Positions 9,074-19,584 of a DNA stretch of 64,000 bases are shown piece after piece. Source of the stretch: Desulfovibrionaceae bacterium (lineage in GTDB: Bacteria > Desulfobacterota > Desulfovibrionia > Desulfovibrionales > Desulfovibrionaceae). The stretch's first letter is position 1. Each line of letters starts with the position of its first letter. Made by a program: the position numbers and the translations under genes. Location of the stretch: assembly GCA_031552315.1 (NCBI GenBank), contig JAVBMP010000031.1:14548-78547 (forward strand), in the 5' to 3' direction. The notes beneath the pieces are model-generated. The model made no database searches and had not been told where the DNA came from. It saw only the letters and a list, made by a program, of their open reading frames with translations.

Positions 9074-9379
9074 ATGGTAGGTCGTTTTTGTAAAGAAGCG
9101 TTGTATGTGGAAAGGATGAAAAAGAAATATGATGAAGATAAGTTGGCCAAGACCTTTATGCCCGCCATAATCCGGCGTTACCGCAACGCGGCCGGGTTAT
9201 CACAGCAGGAGCTGGCAGACCAGGTTGGTATTTCTAAAAGCTATATTTCATCGTTGGAACTTGGGTATCGGGCGCCGAGTTTGAATCTGCTGGTGAAAAT
9301 CGCCCAGACATTGGGAATAAAGCCAGGCAAGCTGGTCGATGAAATGGTGGAAGACGCGGAAAAAGCCGGCGGTGATTAA
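9074..9379 (+). CDS. XRE-family helix-turn-helix transcriptional regulator
   Basis: AGLSQQELADQVGISKSYISSLELGYRAPSLNLLVKIAQTLGIKPGKLV is a canonical HTH_3 pattern. An alternative ATG is at 9116. Confidence 0.85.
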   Translation: MVGRFCKEALYVERMKKKYDEDKLAKTFMPAIIRRYRNAAGLSQQELADQVGISKSYISSLELGYRAPSLNLLVKIAQTLGIKPGKLVDEMVEDAEKAGGD

Positions 9380-9479
9380 ACGTGTTGTGTTGAAAGGCTT
9401 GTTTGACAATAAGCCCTGCGCCGTGTTTATTCTCGCAGTTTCTTTCCTTAAAGGGCGTTGTTGAGCCTGTCAGGTAATT

Positions 9480-9515
9480 CGCCCTGATTTTTGCCTTTTG
9501 GCAAAAATCAGGGCG
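9480..9515. terminator. Bidirectional hairpin terminator between convergent genes
   Basis: Perfect 16-bp stem cgccctgatttttgcc / ggcaaaaatcagggcg with a tttt loop. It lies between the XRE gene (+) and mnmE (-). Confidence 0.6.
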
Positions 9516-9544
9516 AACAGCGCCTTGGGGGCGGTGAATAAGGC

Positions 9545-11197
9545 CTATTTCCCCAGGCAAAAGTCGGCGAATACCTGGTTCAGGATGTCTTGTGAGGCGC
9601 TGTAGCCGGTTATTTCCGCCAGGTGCCCGGCGGCTTCTTCCAGATGGATGCTTAGAATTTCTTCGGGCAGGGCGGCCGCGTGCCCGGCTTTTACCGCTTC
9701 CAGCTCTTGCAGGGCCAGGGCGAAGTGCCGGGCCTGACGCAGGTTGGGGGCCAGTTCGTTCGGGTTGGCGCGTTCCGCTTGCAGCAGGCGGTTTTTTATG
9801 GCGGCCAGCAGTTCTTCCAGCCCCAGGCGTTGCCGGGCGGAAACATGCAGGGCGGGCAGGGCCGCGAAGGCGGGCGGGGGCGTTTTTTGCGCGTCCGGCA
9901 GGTCTGTCTTGTTCATTACCAGCAGGATTTTATCTTGCGCGGCGTAACGCTTCAGCAATTCTTCCTCTGCCGGGCCGGGGGCCGGGTTGGCGGCATCCAG
10001 CAGCAGCAGGACAAGGTCGGCCTCCGCACAGAGTTCCCAGGCGCGGCGTATGCCTTCCGCCTCCGCGTTATCGTTGCTTTCACGCAGGCCGGCGGTATCT
10101 GCCAGACGCAGGGGCAGGCCGTCAAGATTGATGGCTTCTTCAATAAAATCGCGGGTTGTCCCGGCCTGGGGCGATACAATGGCCCGTTCACGTCCCAGCA
10201 GGGCGTTCAGCAGGCTGGATTTGCCCGCGTTTACCGGCCCTGCCAGCACAACCAGCGCCCCTTCGCGCAGCAGTTTGGCCCGTTCATGCGCATCCAGCAG
10301 GCTTTTTATATCCGCCAGCAGGCGGGAAAGGGTTGTCTGAAAGGCCAGGCTTTCCGGCAGGCTGGCAGCTTCCGAGGCGTCTTCATCCGGAAAGTCCAGG
10401 TGCAGGCAAAGTTGCGCCCGCAAAAAGTCCAGCCCGCTACGCAGTTCATCCACCTTTTCCCGCAGGGCCCCTTGCAGTTTTTTGCGGGCCAGGCCAGCCC
10501 CCTCAAGCGTGGGGGCGGCTATTATTTCCGCCACGGCCTCGGCCTGGCTCAGGTCAAGCCGTCCGTTCATGAAGGCGCGGCGGGTAAATTCACCGGGCAG
10601 GGCCAGACGCGCCCCGGCGGCCAGCATGGCTTCCAGCGCGGCGCGGGCAATGGCCGGGCTGCCGTGGCAGTGCACTTCCGCGCTGTTTTCTCCGCTGAAG
10701 GAATGCGGGCCGGGCAGGTAGACGGCCAGCACCTCGTCTATTATCTCGCCTGGCTGAACGGTTGGCCCCGGCTGAACGGCTGTGCCCGGCTGAACGGTTG
10801 TGCCCGGCTGAACGGTTGTGCCGGGCTGATTTATTAGGCCGGGCCGATTTGCCAGGCCCGACTGAATTATTGCGCTGGGCTGATTTGCCGGGCCAGGCTG
10901 GTTTTCCGGGCCCGGCTGGCCGGGCTGGCTTGCCTGTGCCGGGGTAGCTTTGTGAGCGGGATTTTCCGGCGCGGCGGGGTATTTTTCCGGGTTTGCCGGG
11001 TTTTTAAGCCAGCCGTGGTGCAGGGTGCGGGGTTTGAAGGCGAAGCTGCGGCCCGGCTGGTCGTAATAGGGGCCGGGCTGGAAGATGCTTTGCAGAATTT
11101 CCAGGCTTTTTGGGCCGCTCAAACGCAGTATCGCCACCGCCCCCTGTCCGGGGGGGGTGGCGATGGCCGCAATGGTATCTGAAGCGAGCGGCAGCAT
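9545..11197 (-). CDS. mnmE: tRNA modification GTPase MnmE/TrmE carrying a ~95-aa repeat insertion in the N-terminal domain
   Basis: 550 aa. N-terminus DTIAAIATPPGQGAVAILRLSG; G domain LAGPVNAGKSSLLNALLG and DTAGLRE; C-terminal FCLGK. The start ATG overlaps the jag stop. Confidence 0.95.
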   Translation of the reverse strand: MLPLASDTIAAIATPPGQGAVAILRLSGPKSLEILQSIFQPGPYYDQPGRSFAFKPRTLHHGWLKNPANPEKYPAAPENPAHKATPAQASQPGQPGPENQPGPANQPSAIIQSGLANRPGLINQPGTTVQPGTTVQPGTAVQPGPTVQPGEIIDEVLAVYLPGPHSFSGENSAEVHCHGSPAIARAALEAMLAAGARLALPGEFTRRAFMNGRLDLSQAEAVAEIIAAPTLEGAGLARKKLQGALREKVDELRSGLDFLRAQLCLHLDFPDEDASEAASLPESLAFQTTLSRLLADIKSLLDAHERAKLLREGALVVLAGPVNAGKSSLLNALLGRERAIVSPQAGTTRDFIEEAINLDGLPLRLADTAGLRESNDNAEAEGIRRAWELCAEADLVLLLLDAANPAPGPAEEELLKRYAAQDKILLVMNKTDLPDAQKTPPPAFAALPALHVSARQRLGLEELLAAIKNRLLQAERANPNELAPNLRQARHFALALQELEAVKAGHAAALPEEILSIHLEEAAGHLAEITGYSASQDILNQVFADFCLGK

Positions 11198-12633
11198 TAC
11201 GCCGGCTGCGCTGTTTTGCGTTTGGGCACCAGCACCACGCGCTTCATGGCGCCGTCGCCCTTGCTGTGCGATTGCACGTCCGGGTGGTCTTGCAGGGCAA
11301 GGTGCACCATGCGCCGCTGGTAGGCGCTTAGGGGACGGGTGGAAAGGGGCTTGCCGCCTTCCACCACTTTTTGGGCCAGTTCCAAAGCCATTTCCCGCAG
11401 TTTGTCATTTTGCCGTTCCCGGTAGTCGCCGGCATCTATTTGCACGCGCAGCGAGGCTTGCATGCGGCGTGAGGCAATGCAGGCCACAAGGTATTGCAGG
11501 GAACTTAAGGTCTGCCCGTCGCGGCCTATCAGCAGGCCGGGGTTTTCCACATTGTTTATGGTTACCTGAATGCGGTCGTCATTCAGGGCCATTTCACAGG
11601 TGGCTTCTTCACCCACTATGGGGGCGGCCAGGTTTTTTACCGCTTCCAGCACGGTGGAACGCAGCAGTTCCTGATCAAGCGATTCAAGGGCCACTTCCCT
11701 GAAGGCCGGGCTTTCTTCAAAATCCGCGCCTTCAAAGGCTTCCGGCGCATGGTTGTTATGACGTTCCCTGGGCATGCGGGCGGGTTTTTCCCGCCTTTCG
11801 GGGCGGTCATGACGGTCTGGCCTTTCCTGACGTTCTGCCCTTTCCGCACGTTCTGGCCTTTCCGGACGCTCTGGCCTGTCTGTTCTTTCAGGGCGCTCCG
11901 GCCTGTCCATTCTGTCCGGACGGTTTTTATTGTGGGGTTTGGAACGTTCCCGCAAGGGCCTGGCGTTTTTGTCTTCCCCCCGGCCTTCATGGCGTGAGTC
12001 CGGGCGGGCGTCTTTGCGCTGCGGTCTGCCGTCCGGGGCATCTTCCCTGTGGCGCGGTTCCGCAGCGCCCTGGCGTGTTTCGCCGTAATTTTGGCGGGCT
12101 TCACCAGAACTTTGGCGGGCTTCACCGGAATGCTGGCGGGCTTCACCAGTATGCTGGCGGGCTTCGCGCGGGTGCTTGCGCGTGTCTGCGTGCGCTTCTT
12201 TATGCTCACGCCCGGCGTGTTCTGTTTGGGGTTGCGCTTCGCTTGCGGCGGGGCCGGCGGGTTTGCGTTCTTCCCGCGCGGCGGCTTCGCCCATTTCGTC
12301 TTTAAGCGCGGCTTCTTTGGGCAAGGCGGCTTCTTTCATGCGCCCGGGCTTTTCCGGGGCGTGTTTTTCCGGGGTGTGCTTTTCCGGTTTTTTGTCGTGC
12401 GCTTTTTTCTCATGCGCGGGTTTTTCCGCGCGTTGGGCCAGGCCTTTGGTGTCCAGTTGCGCGCGGCGGGCGCGAATGGTGGCCTTTTTTGCGCCTACCA
12501 GCCCGAAAATGCCGGATTTGGCATCACTTATGATGTCTATTTCCAGTTTTTCACGTTCCGCGCTGTAAAAAGCGCAGGCCTCCGCAATGGCCTCGTCAAG
12601 AGTACGCCCTTTAAACTCAATATAATCACTCAT
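11197..12633 (-). CDS. jag: Jag/KhpB-type RNA-binding protein (Jag_N, KH, R3H) with a greatly expanded low-complexity linker
   Basis: N-terminus MSDYIEFKGRTLDEAIAEA; C-terminal R3H SAYQRRMVHLALQDHPDVQSHSKGDG. It occupies the position between yidC and mnmE. The ATG at 12633 is preferred over 12687, which would overlap yidC by 38 nt. Confidence 0.88.
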   Translation of the reverse strand: MSDYIEFKGRTLDEAIAEACAFYSAEREKLEIDIISDAKSGIFGLVGAKKATIRARRAQLDTKGLAQRAEKPAHEKKAHDKKPEKHTPEKHAPEKPGRMKEAALPKEAALKDEMGEAAAREERKPAGPAASEAQPQTEHAGREHKEAHADTRKHPREARQHTGEARQHSGEARQSSGEARQNYGETRQGAAEPRHREDAPDGRPQRKDARPDSRHEGRGEDKNARPLRERSKPHNKNRPDRMDRPERPERTDRPERPERPERAERAERQERPDRHDRPERREKPARMPRERHNNHAPEAFEGADFEESPAFREVALESLDQELLRSTVLEAVKNLAAPIVGEEATCEMALNDDRIQVTINNVENPGLLIGRDGQTLSSLQYLVACIASRRMQASLRVQIDAGDYRERQNDKLREMALELAQKVVEGGKPLSTRPLSAYQRRMVHLALQDHPDVQSHSKGDGAMKRVVLVPKRKTAQPA

Positions 12634-12649
12634 AAAGCCCCCGGCGCGC

Positions 12650-14308
12650 TCAGGATTTGTTACGCAGCATCCACCATTGCTGGGCAATGGAGATCAGGTT
12701 GTTGGTAAGCCAGTAGACAACCAGGCCGGACGGGAAGGTTGCGAACATGACCGTGAAGATTACAGGCATAAGCATCATTATCTTGGCCTGCATGGGGTCT
12801 GCCGGTGAAGGGGTGATTTTTTGCTGAATAAGCATGGTAAGGCCCATGACTATCGGCGTGATGTAGTACGGGTCTTTGATGGAAAGGTCGGCCAGCCATA
12901 CCATGTCTGTAAAGGGCAGGTGGTATATGAAGGGGGCCTGGCGCAGTTCAATGGCGTTCAAAAGGCCGCTGTACAGGCCTATGAATATGGGCAGTTGCAG
13001 CAGCATGGGCAGGCAGCCGCCCATGGGGCTTACGCCGTAGGTCTTGTAAAGCTGCATGACCTGCTTGTTCATTTCTTGCTTGTCGTCTTTATATTTTTCA
13101 CGCAATTTGGCCATGAGGGGCTGAATTTTTTTCATTTTCTCCATGGATTTGTAGCCCTTGTTGGAAAGGGGCCACAGCGCGATTTTTATGATGATGGTAA
13201 GCAGGATAATGGCTATGCCGTAGTTGCCCACAAAATCGTAAAGGGTTTTCAAAAGCCAGATAAGCGGCTTGGCGATAATGGTGAACATGCCGTAATCCAG
13301 CGCCTTGTCCAGCCCCTTGGGGCCCATTTCCAGGTCTGTGGCCTTTTTGGGGCCAAGGTAGTAGGAAAGGGAGTAGGCGGTATCCGCGTTGGGGGCCAGT
13401 TCCAGCCCGGTTTTTTCCATGGTCAGGCTGTAAATGTTGTCTTTAAGCAGGGCCTTGAAGCTGCTTTCACCTTCCGCCGGGCAGACGGCCGCGATGAAAT
13501 AGTTGCTTAAAATGGCGGCCCAGGCAAGGTTGCCGGAATAGTTTACGCCGTCATCCAGGTCGGACACATCTTCAGAAAAGCTGTTGTCCTTGAGGCGGGC
13601 GACCCTTGTATGGTTGTTTGATTCATCCGGGTTGGTAAGGCTTTCCGTGGTCATTTTAATGCCAAGGGTAACCGCGCGTTGCAGGGGGGAATTTATTTCC
13701 ACCTTTTCATCAATGACATAGGTATCGGCATTAAAGGTGAAAACGCGGCTTACGCGCATGCCTTCAATTTCCGCTGTAAGGCGCAAGGTTTCTTTGCCGT
13801 TGGCGGGCACGGGCAGGGTAAGGGCGTTATCCGCGCCGCTTGCCGCGGCCAGGGGGGAAGCGGTTTCAAAGGCCCAGTTGGCGGAAGACCAGGTGGCAAT
13901 GCCGTTGAGCATAAGGCCAAGGGGCGCGCCGTGCGCGGCCTTGCGGCCTACAAGGTTGACCATGGGGGCGTCGGCGTCTATGGCGGCCTTGTATTTTTTC
14001 AGTTCAAAGCTGGTAAGCAGGCCGCCCTTGCTGTCAATGACGGCCTTGTAAAGCGGGGTATCCACATTTATAAGCTGGCCGCTGGTCTGGGGGGCGTCGC
14101 TTGCGCCGGCGGATCCGGCTGCGCCGCTTGCGGCGGCATCAGGCTGGGCGCCCTGCTGCGCTGTGGGGGCGGCGTTTTGCGCGCTGCCCGGCGCTGTCTG
14201 GGTTTGCGGTTCCGCCGGGACAAAGCCGAGTTCTCTGGCCAGGTAGCTCCAGCCAAGGATGATGACCATGGCCAGGGCGATAAAGAGGAGGAAATTTTTA
14301 TTGTCCAT
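12650..14308 (-). CDS. yidC: Membrane protein insertase YidC
   Basis: 552 aa. The conserved C-terminal core PLMAKLREKYKDDKQEMNKQVMQLYKTYGVSPMGGCLPMLLQLPIFIGLY is present. Confidence 0.96.
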   Translation of the reverse strand: MDNKNFLLFIALAMVIILGWSYLARELGFVPAEPQTQTAPGSAQNAAPTAQQGAQPDAAASGAAGSAGASDAPQTSGQLINVDTPLYKAVIDSKGGLLTSFELKKYKAAIDADAPMVNLVGRKAAHGAPLGLMLNGIATWSSANWAFETASPLAAASGADNALTLPVPANGKETLRLTAEIEGMRVSRVFTFNADTYVIDEKVEINSPLQRAVTLGIKMTTESLTNPDESNNHTRVARLKDNSFSEDVSDLDDGVNYSGNLAWAAILSNYFIAAVCPAEGESSFKALLKDNIYSLTMEKTGLELAPNADTAYSLSYYLGPKKATDLEMGPKGLDKALDYGMFTIIAKPLIWLLKTLYDFVGNYGIAIILLTIIIKIALWPLSNKGYKSMEKMKKIQPLMAKLREKYKDDKQEMNKQVMQLYKTYGVSPMGGCLPMLLQLPIFIGLYSGLLNAIELRQAPFIYHLPFTDMVWLADLSIKDPYYITPIVMGLTMLIQQKITPSPADPMQAKIMMLMPVIFTVMFATFPSGLVVYWLTNNLISIAQQWWMLRNKS

Positions 14309-14394
14309 AATTTTTTTGTTATTCCTGTATGCTGGTACAGTTTTTATCCGCCGCCCGCGGGATGGGGGGATGGCGGGTGGCGGCGCATTGCAAA

Positions 14395-14649
14395 TTATGC
14401 CGCGCGGCGTTGTTTCTGGTTTGTTGCAGGGGGCGGCACCGGGTCATACCCTTGCCCGCCCCAGGGGTGGCAACGCAAAATGCGGCGCAGGGCAAGCCAC
14501 GAACCTTTGAAAACGCCATGCGTGGAAACAGCTTCTACGGCATAGGCGGAACAGGTGGGGACAAAACGGCAAGAAGGCCCAAGGTAAGGCGAAATGCAAA
14601 GCTGGTAGAGCCGGATGGGTAAAATAACCAGTTTGCGAGCAAGGTTCAT
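14395..14649 (-). CDS. yidD: Membrane protein insertion efficiency factor YidD
   Basis: 84 aa. [23 protein letters not shown]...[14 protein letters not shown] is present. Confidence 0.93.
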   Translation of the reverse strand: MNLARKLVILPIRLYQLCISPYLGPSCRFVPTCSAYAVEAVSTHGVFKGSWLALRRILRCHPWGGQGYDPVPPPATNQKQRRAA

Positions 14650-15182
14650 AGGGGCTTTCCTTTGGTCCGGGCCTGTTGCGCCCCGCCCAGGGATGCGAAC
14701 AGGGGCAGCAATTCCGCCTGCAAAGAATGAAAGGTCAAGCTTTTCGGCACAAGCTTTTTTTTGGGCACAACCACAATGTCATAATCCGCCGGAAGCAGGG
14801 CCTGATTTTGGCGGAATACTTCACGCAAAAGGCGTTTGACGCGGTTGCGCACGGTGGCGGAACCTGTTTTGCGGCTTACCGCCAGGCCAAGGCGCCAATT
14901 TGTGCAAACGGCCCAGGTTTTTGTGGCCGCGTCAATTTTTTCCGCTTGCGGCCTTTTCAGAACAAACAGAATGAAGTTGGCGGAAAACAGGCGTTTGCCC
15001 GTGTCATAACAGCGCAAAAAATGCGGACGCGCCAAAATGCGGTTGCGGCGGGCAAAGGCCTGTTTGGGCCTTGCCGCCGGTGAAGCTTGCGCAAGAACGC
15101 CTACAGACAAATGCCCTGAAGACTGGTTCAGGGCATTGTCGCCTTCAGCAGATTCCGTTGCGCAAACTTCCTTGGGCATCAC
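14646..15182 (-). CDS. rnpA: Ribonuclease P protein component
   Basis: Sits between rpmH and yid[20 protein letters not shown] and [18 protein letters not shown] are present. The stop overlaps the yidD start (ATGA). The N-terminal ~40 aa may not be translated. Confidence 0.85.
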   Translation of the reverse strand: MMPKEVCATESAEGDNALNQSSGHLSVGVLAQASPAARPKQAFARRNRILARPHFLRCYDTGKRLFSANFILFVLKRPQAEKIDAATKTWAVCTNWRLGLAVSRKTGSATVRNRVKRLLREVFRQNQALLPADYDIVVVPKKKLVPKSLTFHSLQAELLPLFASLGGAQQARTKGKPL

Positions 15183-15188
15183 AGGTTG

Positions 15189-15323
15189 TTAGACAGCAAG
15201 CGTCTTGCGGCCTTTGGCCCTTCTGCGGCTAAGGATGTCGCGGCCGCTTTTGCTGGCCATGCGGGCGCGGAAGCCGTGGGTGCGCTGGCGCTTTACGCGG
15301 CTGGGCTGGTAAGTTCTTTTCAT
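15189..15323 (-). CDS. rpmH: 50S ribosomal protein L34
   Basis: [44 protein letters not shown], 44 aa, starting at the internal ATG of the 66-aa ORF. Confidence 0.96.
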   Translation of the reverse strand: MKRTYQPSRVKRQRTHGFRARMASKSGRDILSRRRAKGRKTLAV

Positions 15324-15438
15324 GGTGTCTCTCCTTGAGAAGTTATTGATTTTTTTATCATGCGGCCTGCATTCGCAAAGACAGGGCATGAGAATGATGA
15401 TTCAAAAAATATGAACCTTCGTGTTTACTGCTTAAAAG

Positions 15439-15475
15439 CCATTGCGTCAAGCGATATATGAGCCTGACGCAATGG
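15439..15475 (-). terminator. Hairpin downstream of alaS; candidate intrinsic terminator
   Basis: 11-bp stem ccattgcgtca / tgacgcaatgg with a 15-nt loop, 36 nt after the alaS stop. It is followed on the minus strand by cttttaagc. Confidence 0.45.
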
Positions 15476-15510
15476 TTGATTAAAACAGCTGCAAAAACAA
15501 CTGGTTGAGC

Positions 15511-18168
15511 TTACTTTATCAGGCTCTTCAGTTTGGCGAAGGCGGCGTCTATTTTGCCCGCGTCCGTGCCGCCGGCCTGGGCCAGATCCGGCCGGCCGCC
15601 GCCGGAACCGCCAATTTCCGCCGCCACGTCTTTTATAAGGGCCGGGGCGGTAAAGCGGCCATGCAGTTCCTTGGGCACGGCTATAATCAGGCTGACCTTG
15701 CCGTCTTCTTCCGCCGTAAGGCAAAGCACGGCGGCGGGCAGTTTGGAACGCAGGTCATCAACCGTATCGCGCAGGGCTTTTATGCTGCTTGCGCCGGAAC
15801 GGGCGGCCAGCACGCTTACCCCGTTAATTTCTTCCACTTCTTTGGCAAGGTTGCGGCCCTGGTCTGAAACAGCCTGAGAACCGGCCTTTTCAAGGGTTTT
15901 GCGCAGGGTTCTGGCTTCCGCCAGCAGGGCTTGCACCTTTTCCGCTGTTTCTTCCGGCCGGGTTTTCAGCAGGGTGGAAATGTCAGCCAGAATTTCCCGC
16001 TGTTTTTGGAACTGTTTAAGGGCGTTCCAGCCGGTAATGGCTTCAATGCGGCGGGTGCCGGCGGCAATGCCCGCTTCGCTTACTATGCTGAAGAAGCCTG
16101 CCTGGCCGGTGCTTTCAAGGTGGGTGCCGCCGCACAGTTCAACCGATTCGCCTTCAATGCTTACCACGCGCACCTTGTCGCCGTATTTTTCATTGAACAG
16201 GGCCATGGCGCCGGAGGCAATGGCCGCGTCGTAGGAACATTCCTGCACGCTAAGCTGGCGGTTGGCGAAGATAGCCGCGTTGACCTTTTCTTCCACCCGC
16301 GCCAGTTCCTCTTTACTTACCTGGGTGATGTGGGTGAAGTCAAAGCGCAGGCGGTCTGGCGAAACCAAAGACCCGGCCTGGTGCACATGGTTGCCCAGCA
16401 CTTCACGCAGGGCGGCGTGCAAAAGGTGGGTGCAGCTGTGGTTGCGGGCCGCGGCCATGCGGTCTTCCGTATTCACTTCCAGTGTAATGGCGGCGTCCAG
16501 CAGTATGCTGCCTTCCAGCACCTCTACCTGATGGATGGTAAGTTCCGGCGCGGGTTTAAGGGCATCTGTCACCTTCAGCCTGGCCCCGTGGGAACCGGCG
16601 GCCTCAATAAGGCCGGTATCTCCGGTTTGCCCGCCGGAAGCGCCGTAGAAGGGCGTGCGGCTGGAAGCCAGCCAGCCTTTGGCGCCCTTGCCCAGCTTTT
16701 CCACCCGTTCACCCTGTTCATCCATAAGGGCTATGACGCGGCTTTCGGTCTTCAGGTCCGTGTAGCCGCAAAATTCCGTGCGCAGGCCTTCTTCCAGCAG
16801 GGACGCGAAGCGGGTGGCCAGGCCGGATTCTCCGGAACCTTTCCAGGCGGCCTTGGCCCTGGCCTTCTGTTCTTGCATCAGGGCCTTGAAGCCGTCTTCA
16901 TCCACTGTGAAGCCCAGCTTGCCGGTAACGTCGTTTACTATATCAATAGGGAAGCCGTAGGTGTCATAAAGTTTGAACACCACGTCGCCGGGCAGTTGGT
17001 TTTTTTGCGCGGCGCGCAGTTTTGCGCATTCATCTTCCAGCAGGGCCAGGCCCTTTTCCAGCGTTTTTTCAAAGCGCTCTTCTTCTTCCAGCACCATGCG
17101 GCGCATAAATTCCTGGTTCTGCGCCAGTTCCGGGAAGCCTTCACCCATTTCATCCACCACTTTGCGAGTGGTAAGGTGCAGGAAGGTTTTGGGCATGCCT
17201 ATAAGGCGGCCAAAGCGGTAGGCGCGGCGCAACAGGCGGCGCAAGACATAGCCGCGCCCTTCATTGGAAGGGAGTATGCCGTCCGAGATCATAAAGGCGA
17301 TGGAACGGCTGTGGTCGGCGATTACGCGCAGGGCGGTATCCACATCATTGGTGTCCGGCGCGCTTTTGCTGTATGTTACCCCGGCCAGCCCGGCGGCGTG
17401 GCTGATGATGTTTTGGAAAAGGTCGCTGTCATAGTTGGAATAAACGCCCTGGCAGACCGCGCTTACCCGTTCCAGCCCCATGCCTGTATCTATGCTGGGG
17501 CGGGGCAACGGTTCCCGCTTGCCGGGCTCCAGCTGGTTGAACTGCATGAACACCAGGTTCCATATTTCCAAAAAGCGGTCGCAGTCACACTTGCCTATGC
17601 CGCAGTTCGGGCCACAGGTCATGTGTTCACCCTGGTCTATCAGGATTTCTGAACAGGGGCCGCAGGGGCCGGTATCACCCATGGACCAGAAGTTGTCCTT
17701 TTCACCCATGCGGAAGATGCGGTCTTTGGTGATGGATGTATGCTTCAGCCAAAGCTGTTCGGCCTCATCGTCATCACGGAATACGGTGGCGTAGAGCTTG
17801 CCTTCCGGCAGGCCCAGTTCTTTGGTAATAAATTCCCAGGCGAATTTTATGGCGTCTTCCTTGAAGTAGTCGCCAAAGGAAAAGTTGCCCAGCATTTCAA
17901 AAAAGGTGTGGTGGCGGGCGGTGCGGCCGACATTTTCAAGGTCATTGTGTTTGCCGCCCACGCGCAGGCATTTTTGGGCGGTGGTGGCGCGGCTGTAGTC
18001 GCGCTTTTCCAACCCCTGAAAAATGGTTTTGAACTGCACCATGCCGGAGTTGGTAAAGAGCAAAGACGGGTCATCTCGCGGCACCAAAGAAGAAGAGCGC
18101 ACTACTTCATGCCCTTTGGCCTTGAAAAAGTCCAAAAAACGCCGCCGAATTTCCTGGGTGGTAAGCAT
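15511..18168 (-). CDS. alaS: Alanine--tRNA ligase
   Basis: [30 protein letters not shown]...[10 protein letters not shown]; editing-domain [11 protein letters not shown]; C-terminal DHHA1 [20 protein letters not shown] lies 7 nt before the ATG at 18168. Confidence 0.97.
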   Translation of the reverse strand: MLTTQEIRRRFLDFFKAKGHEVVRSSSLVPRDDPSLLFTNSGMVQFKTIFQGLEKRDYSRATTAQKCLRVGGKHNDLENVGRTARHHTFFEMLGNFSFGDYFKEDAIKFAWEFITKELGLPEGKLYATVFRDDDEAEQLWLKHTSITKDRIFRMGEKDNFWSMGDTGPCGPCSEILIDQGEHMTCGPNCGIGKCDCDRFLEIWNLVFMQFNQLEPGKREPLPRPSIDTGMGLERVSAVCQGVYSNYDSDLFQNIISHAAGLAGVTYSKSAPDTNDVDTALRVIADHSRSIAFMISDGILPSNEGRGYVLRRLLRRAYRFGRLIGMPKTFLHLTTRKVVDEMGEGFPELAQNQEFMRRMVLEEEERFEKTLEKGLALLEDECAKLRAAQKNQLPGDVVFKLYDTYGFPIDIVNDVTGKLGFTVDEDGFKALMQEQKARAKAAWKGSGESGLATRFASLLEEGLRTEFCGYTDLKTESRVIALMDEQGERVEKLGKGAKGWLASSRTPFYGASGGQTGDTGLIEAAGSHGARLKVTDALKPAPELTIHQVEVLEGSILLDAAITLEVNTEDRMAAARNHSCTHLLHAALREVLGNHVHQAGSLVSPDRLRFDFTHITQVSKEELARVEEKVNAAIFANRQLSVQECSYDAAIASGAMALFNEKYGDKVRVVSIEGESVELCGGTHLESTGQAGFFSIVSEAGIAAGTRRIEAITGWNALKQFQKQREILADISTLLKTRPEETAEKVQALLAEARTLRKTLEKAGSQAVSDQGRNLAKEVEEINGVSVLAARSGASSIKALRDTVDDLRSKLPAAVLCLTAEEDGKVSLIIAVPKELHGRFTAPALIKDVAAEIGGSGGGRPDLAQAGGTDAGKIDAAFAKLKSLIK

Positions 18169-18218
18169 TGGTTTGTCCTTGCTGTTAGTTGTTATCAAAG
18201 GCTGTCGCGCAAGATGTT

Positions 18219-19307
18219 TTATTCATCCATGTCTACCGGGCCGTCATCTTCGTCCGCCGCGGCAGCGGCGGCTGAAGCGGGCAATATGCGCGGGTTTACG
18301 CCCAGGTGGGCGATAAGGGCGTCTTCAATGGCTTTGCGCATTTCCGGGCTGTTGTCCAAAAAGGCGCGCACATTTTCTTTGCCCTGGCCCAGGCGTTCAC
18401 CCTTGAAGGCGAACCATGAGCCGCTTTTGTCGATAATGCCGGCCTCTGAACCCATTTCAATAAGTTCTCCGGTGCGGGAAATGCCCTGGCCGTAAATAAT
18501 ATCGAAAAGGGTTTCCTTAAAGGGCGGGGCCACCTTGTTTTTTACCACTTTGACCTTGGTGCGGTTGCCGATAGGTTCTTCCTTTTCCTTAAGGGTTTGG
18601 ATTTTACGAATATCCAACCGCACGGATGAATAGAACTTCAAGGCCTGGCCGCCGGTGGTCGTTTCCGGGCTGCCGTAGCCGGTAACGCCAATTTTCATGC
18701 GCAGCTGGTTGATGAAAACAACGGCGGTGCGGGATTTGTGAATGGTGCCGGTAAGTTTGCGCAAGGCGTGCGACATAAGCCGCGCCTGCCCGCCCACCTG
18801 CATTTCGCCCATGTTCCCTTCCAGTTCCGCTTGCGGAATAAGGGCGGCCACGGAGTCTATAACCACCAGGTCAACCGCGCCGGAACGCACCAGCATGTCG
18901 GCAATTTCCAGGGCCTGTTCACCAAAATCGGGCTGCGAAATAAGCAGCTCGTCTGTTTTTACGCCCAGGCGCTTGGCGTATTCCACATCCAGGGCGTGTT
19001 CCGCGTCCACAAAGGCGCAGGTGCCGCCCAGCTTTTGGGCTTCCGCCACTATGTGCAGGGTAAGGGTGGTTTTACCGGAAGATTCCGGCCCATAAATTTC
19101 CGTAACCCGGCCACGCGGTATGCCGCCCACGCCAAGGGCTATATCCAGCCCGATGGAACCCGTGGGTATAACCGGGATGCTTACGTGGGCGTTGTCTGAA
19201 AGCTTCATGATGGCGCCCTGGCCATATTTGCGTTCAATGGTGGCGAGCGCGGTGCTCAGGGCTTCAAGACGCGCCTCTTCGGGCGAAAGAACAGGTTTTT
19301 TTGCCAT
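18219..19307 (-). CDS. recA: Recombinase RecA
   Basis: 362 aa. Walker [13 protein letters not shown] and FVDAEHALD are present, with the typical acidic C-terminus. Confidence 0.98.
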   Translation of the reverse strand: MAKKPVLSPEEARLEALSTALATIERKYGQGAIMKLSDNAHVSIPVIPTGSIGLDIALGVGGIPRGRVTEIYGPESSGKTTLTLHIVAEAQKLGGTCAFVDAEHALDVEYAKRLGVKTDELLISQPDFGEQALEIADMLVRSGAVDLVVIDSVAALIPQAELEGNMGEMQVGGQARLMSHALRKLTGTIHKSRTAVVFINQLRMKIGVTGYGSPETTTGGQALKFYSSVRLDIRKIQTLKEKEEPIGNRTKVKVVKNKVAPPFKETLFDIIYGQGISRTGELIEMGSEAGIIDKSGSWFAFKGERLGQGKENVRAFLDNSPEMRKAIEDALIAHLGVNPRILPASAAAAAADEDDGPVDMDE

Positions 19308-19584
19308 TCAGGCTACTCCAAAAATGAAGATAAAAAAGGTGTGAAGGAAAGAAACCCATATCAAAAGCTTGTAAAGTATGCAATTAGCAAGGCGGGTATA
19401 AAATAGCTTCAGCAGGAAATATTTAAGAATTATTTAATGGCGGGCTTCAACTTCCGCGCTTTCAAGCCACAGGCGTTGCCGGGGAGGCTGCAGGGCTATA
19501 TTTCGCAACTGTAACCTTGCGAATAATTATATTTTCATTTAAATATCTGCCAGGCGAACTATATTTATGATTCGGAGGTGGCGT

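Noticed and set aside
8626-9379. Prophage or integrated element signalled by the CI/Cro-like regulator pair
   Set aside because: No integrase, excisionase, replication, structural or lysis genes are adjacent, no att-like direct repeats are visible, and both flanks are chromosomal genes. At most this is a remnant.
9545-15400. Chromosomal origin (oriC) expected near rpmH-rnpA-yidC-mnmE
   Set aside because: No dnaA or dnaN gene is adjacent; alaS and recA flank the operon. I could not find TTATCCACA-type DnaA-box clusters or an AT-rich unwinding region in the short spacers.
9680-17652. Long plus-strand ORFs opposite mnmE (9680-10837), jag (12049-12708), yidC (13679-14545) and alaS (15931-17652)
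   Set aside because: All lie antisense to unambiguous conserved genes and have low-complexity, Gly/Ala/Phe/Gln-biased translations. The same reasoning applies to 19953-21020, 21064-22002, 34594-35751, 43379-44599, 45558-46574, 52435-53373, 58689-59915 and 62169-63359.
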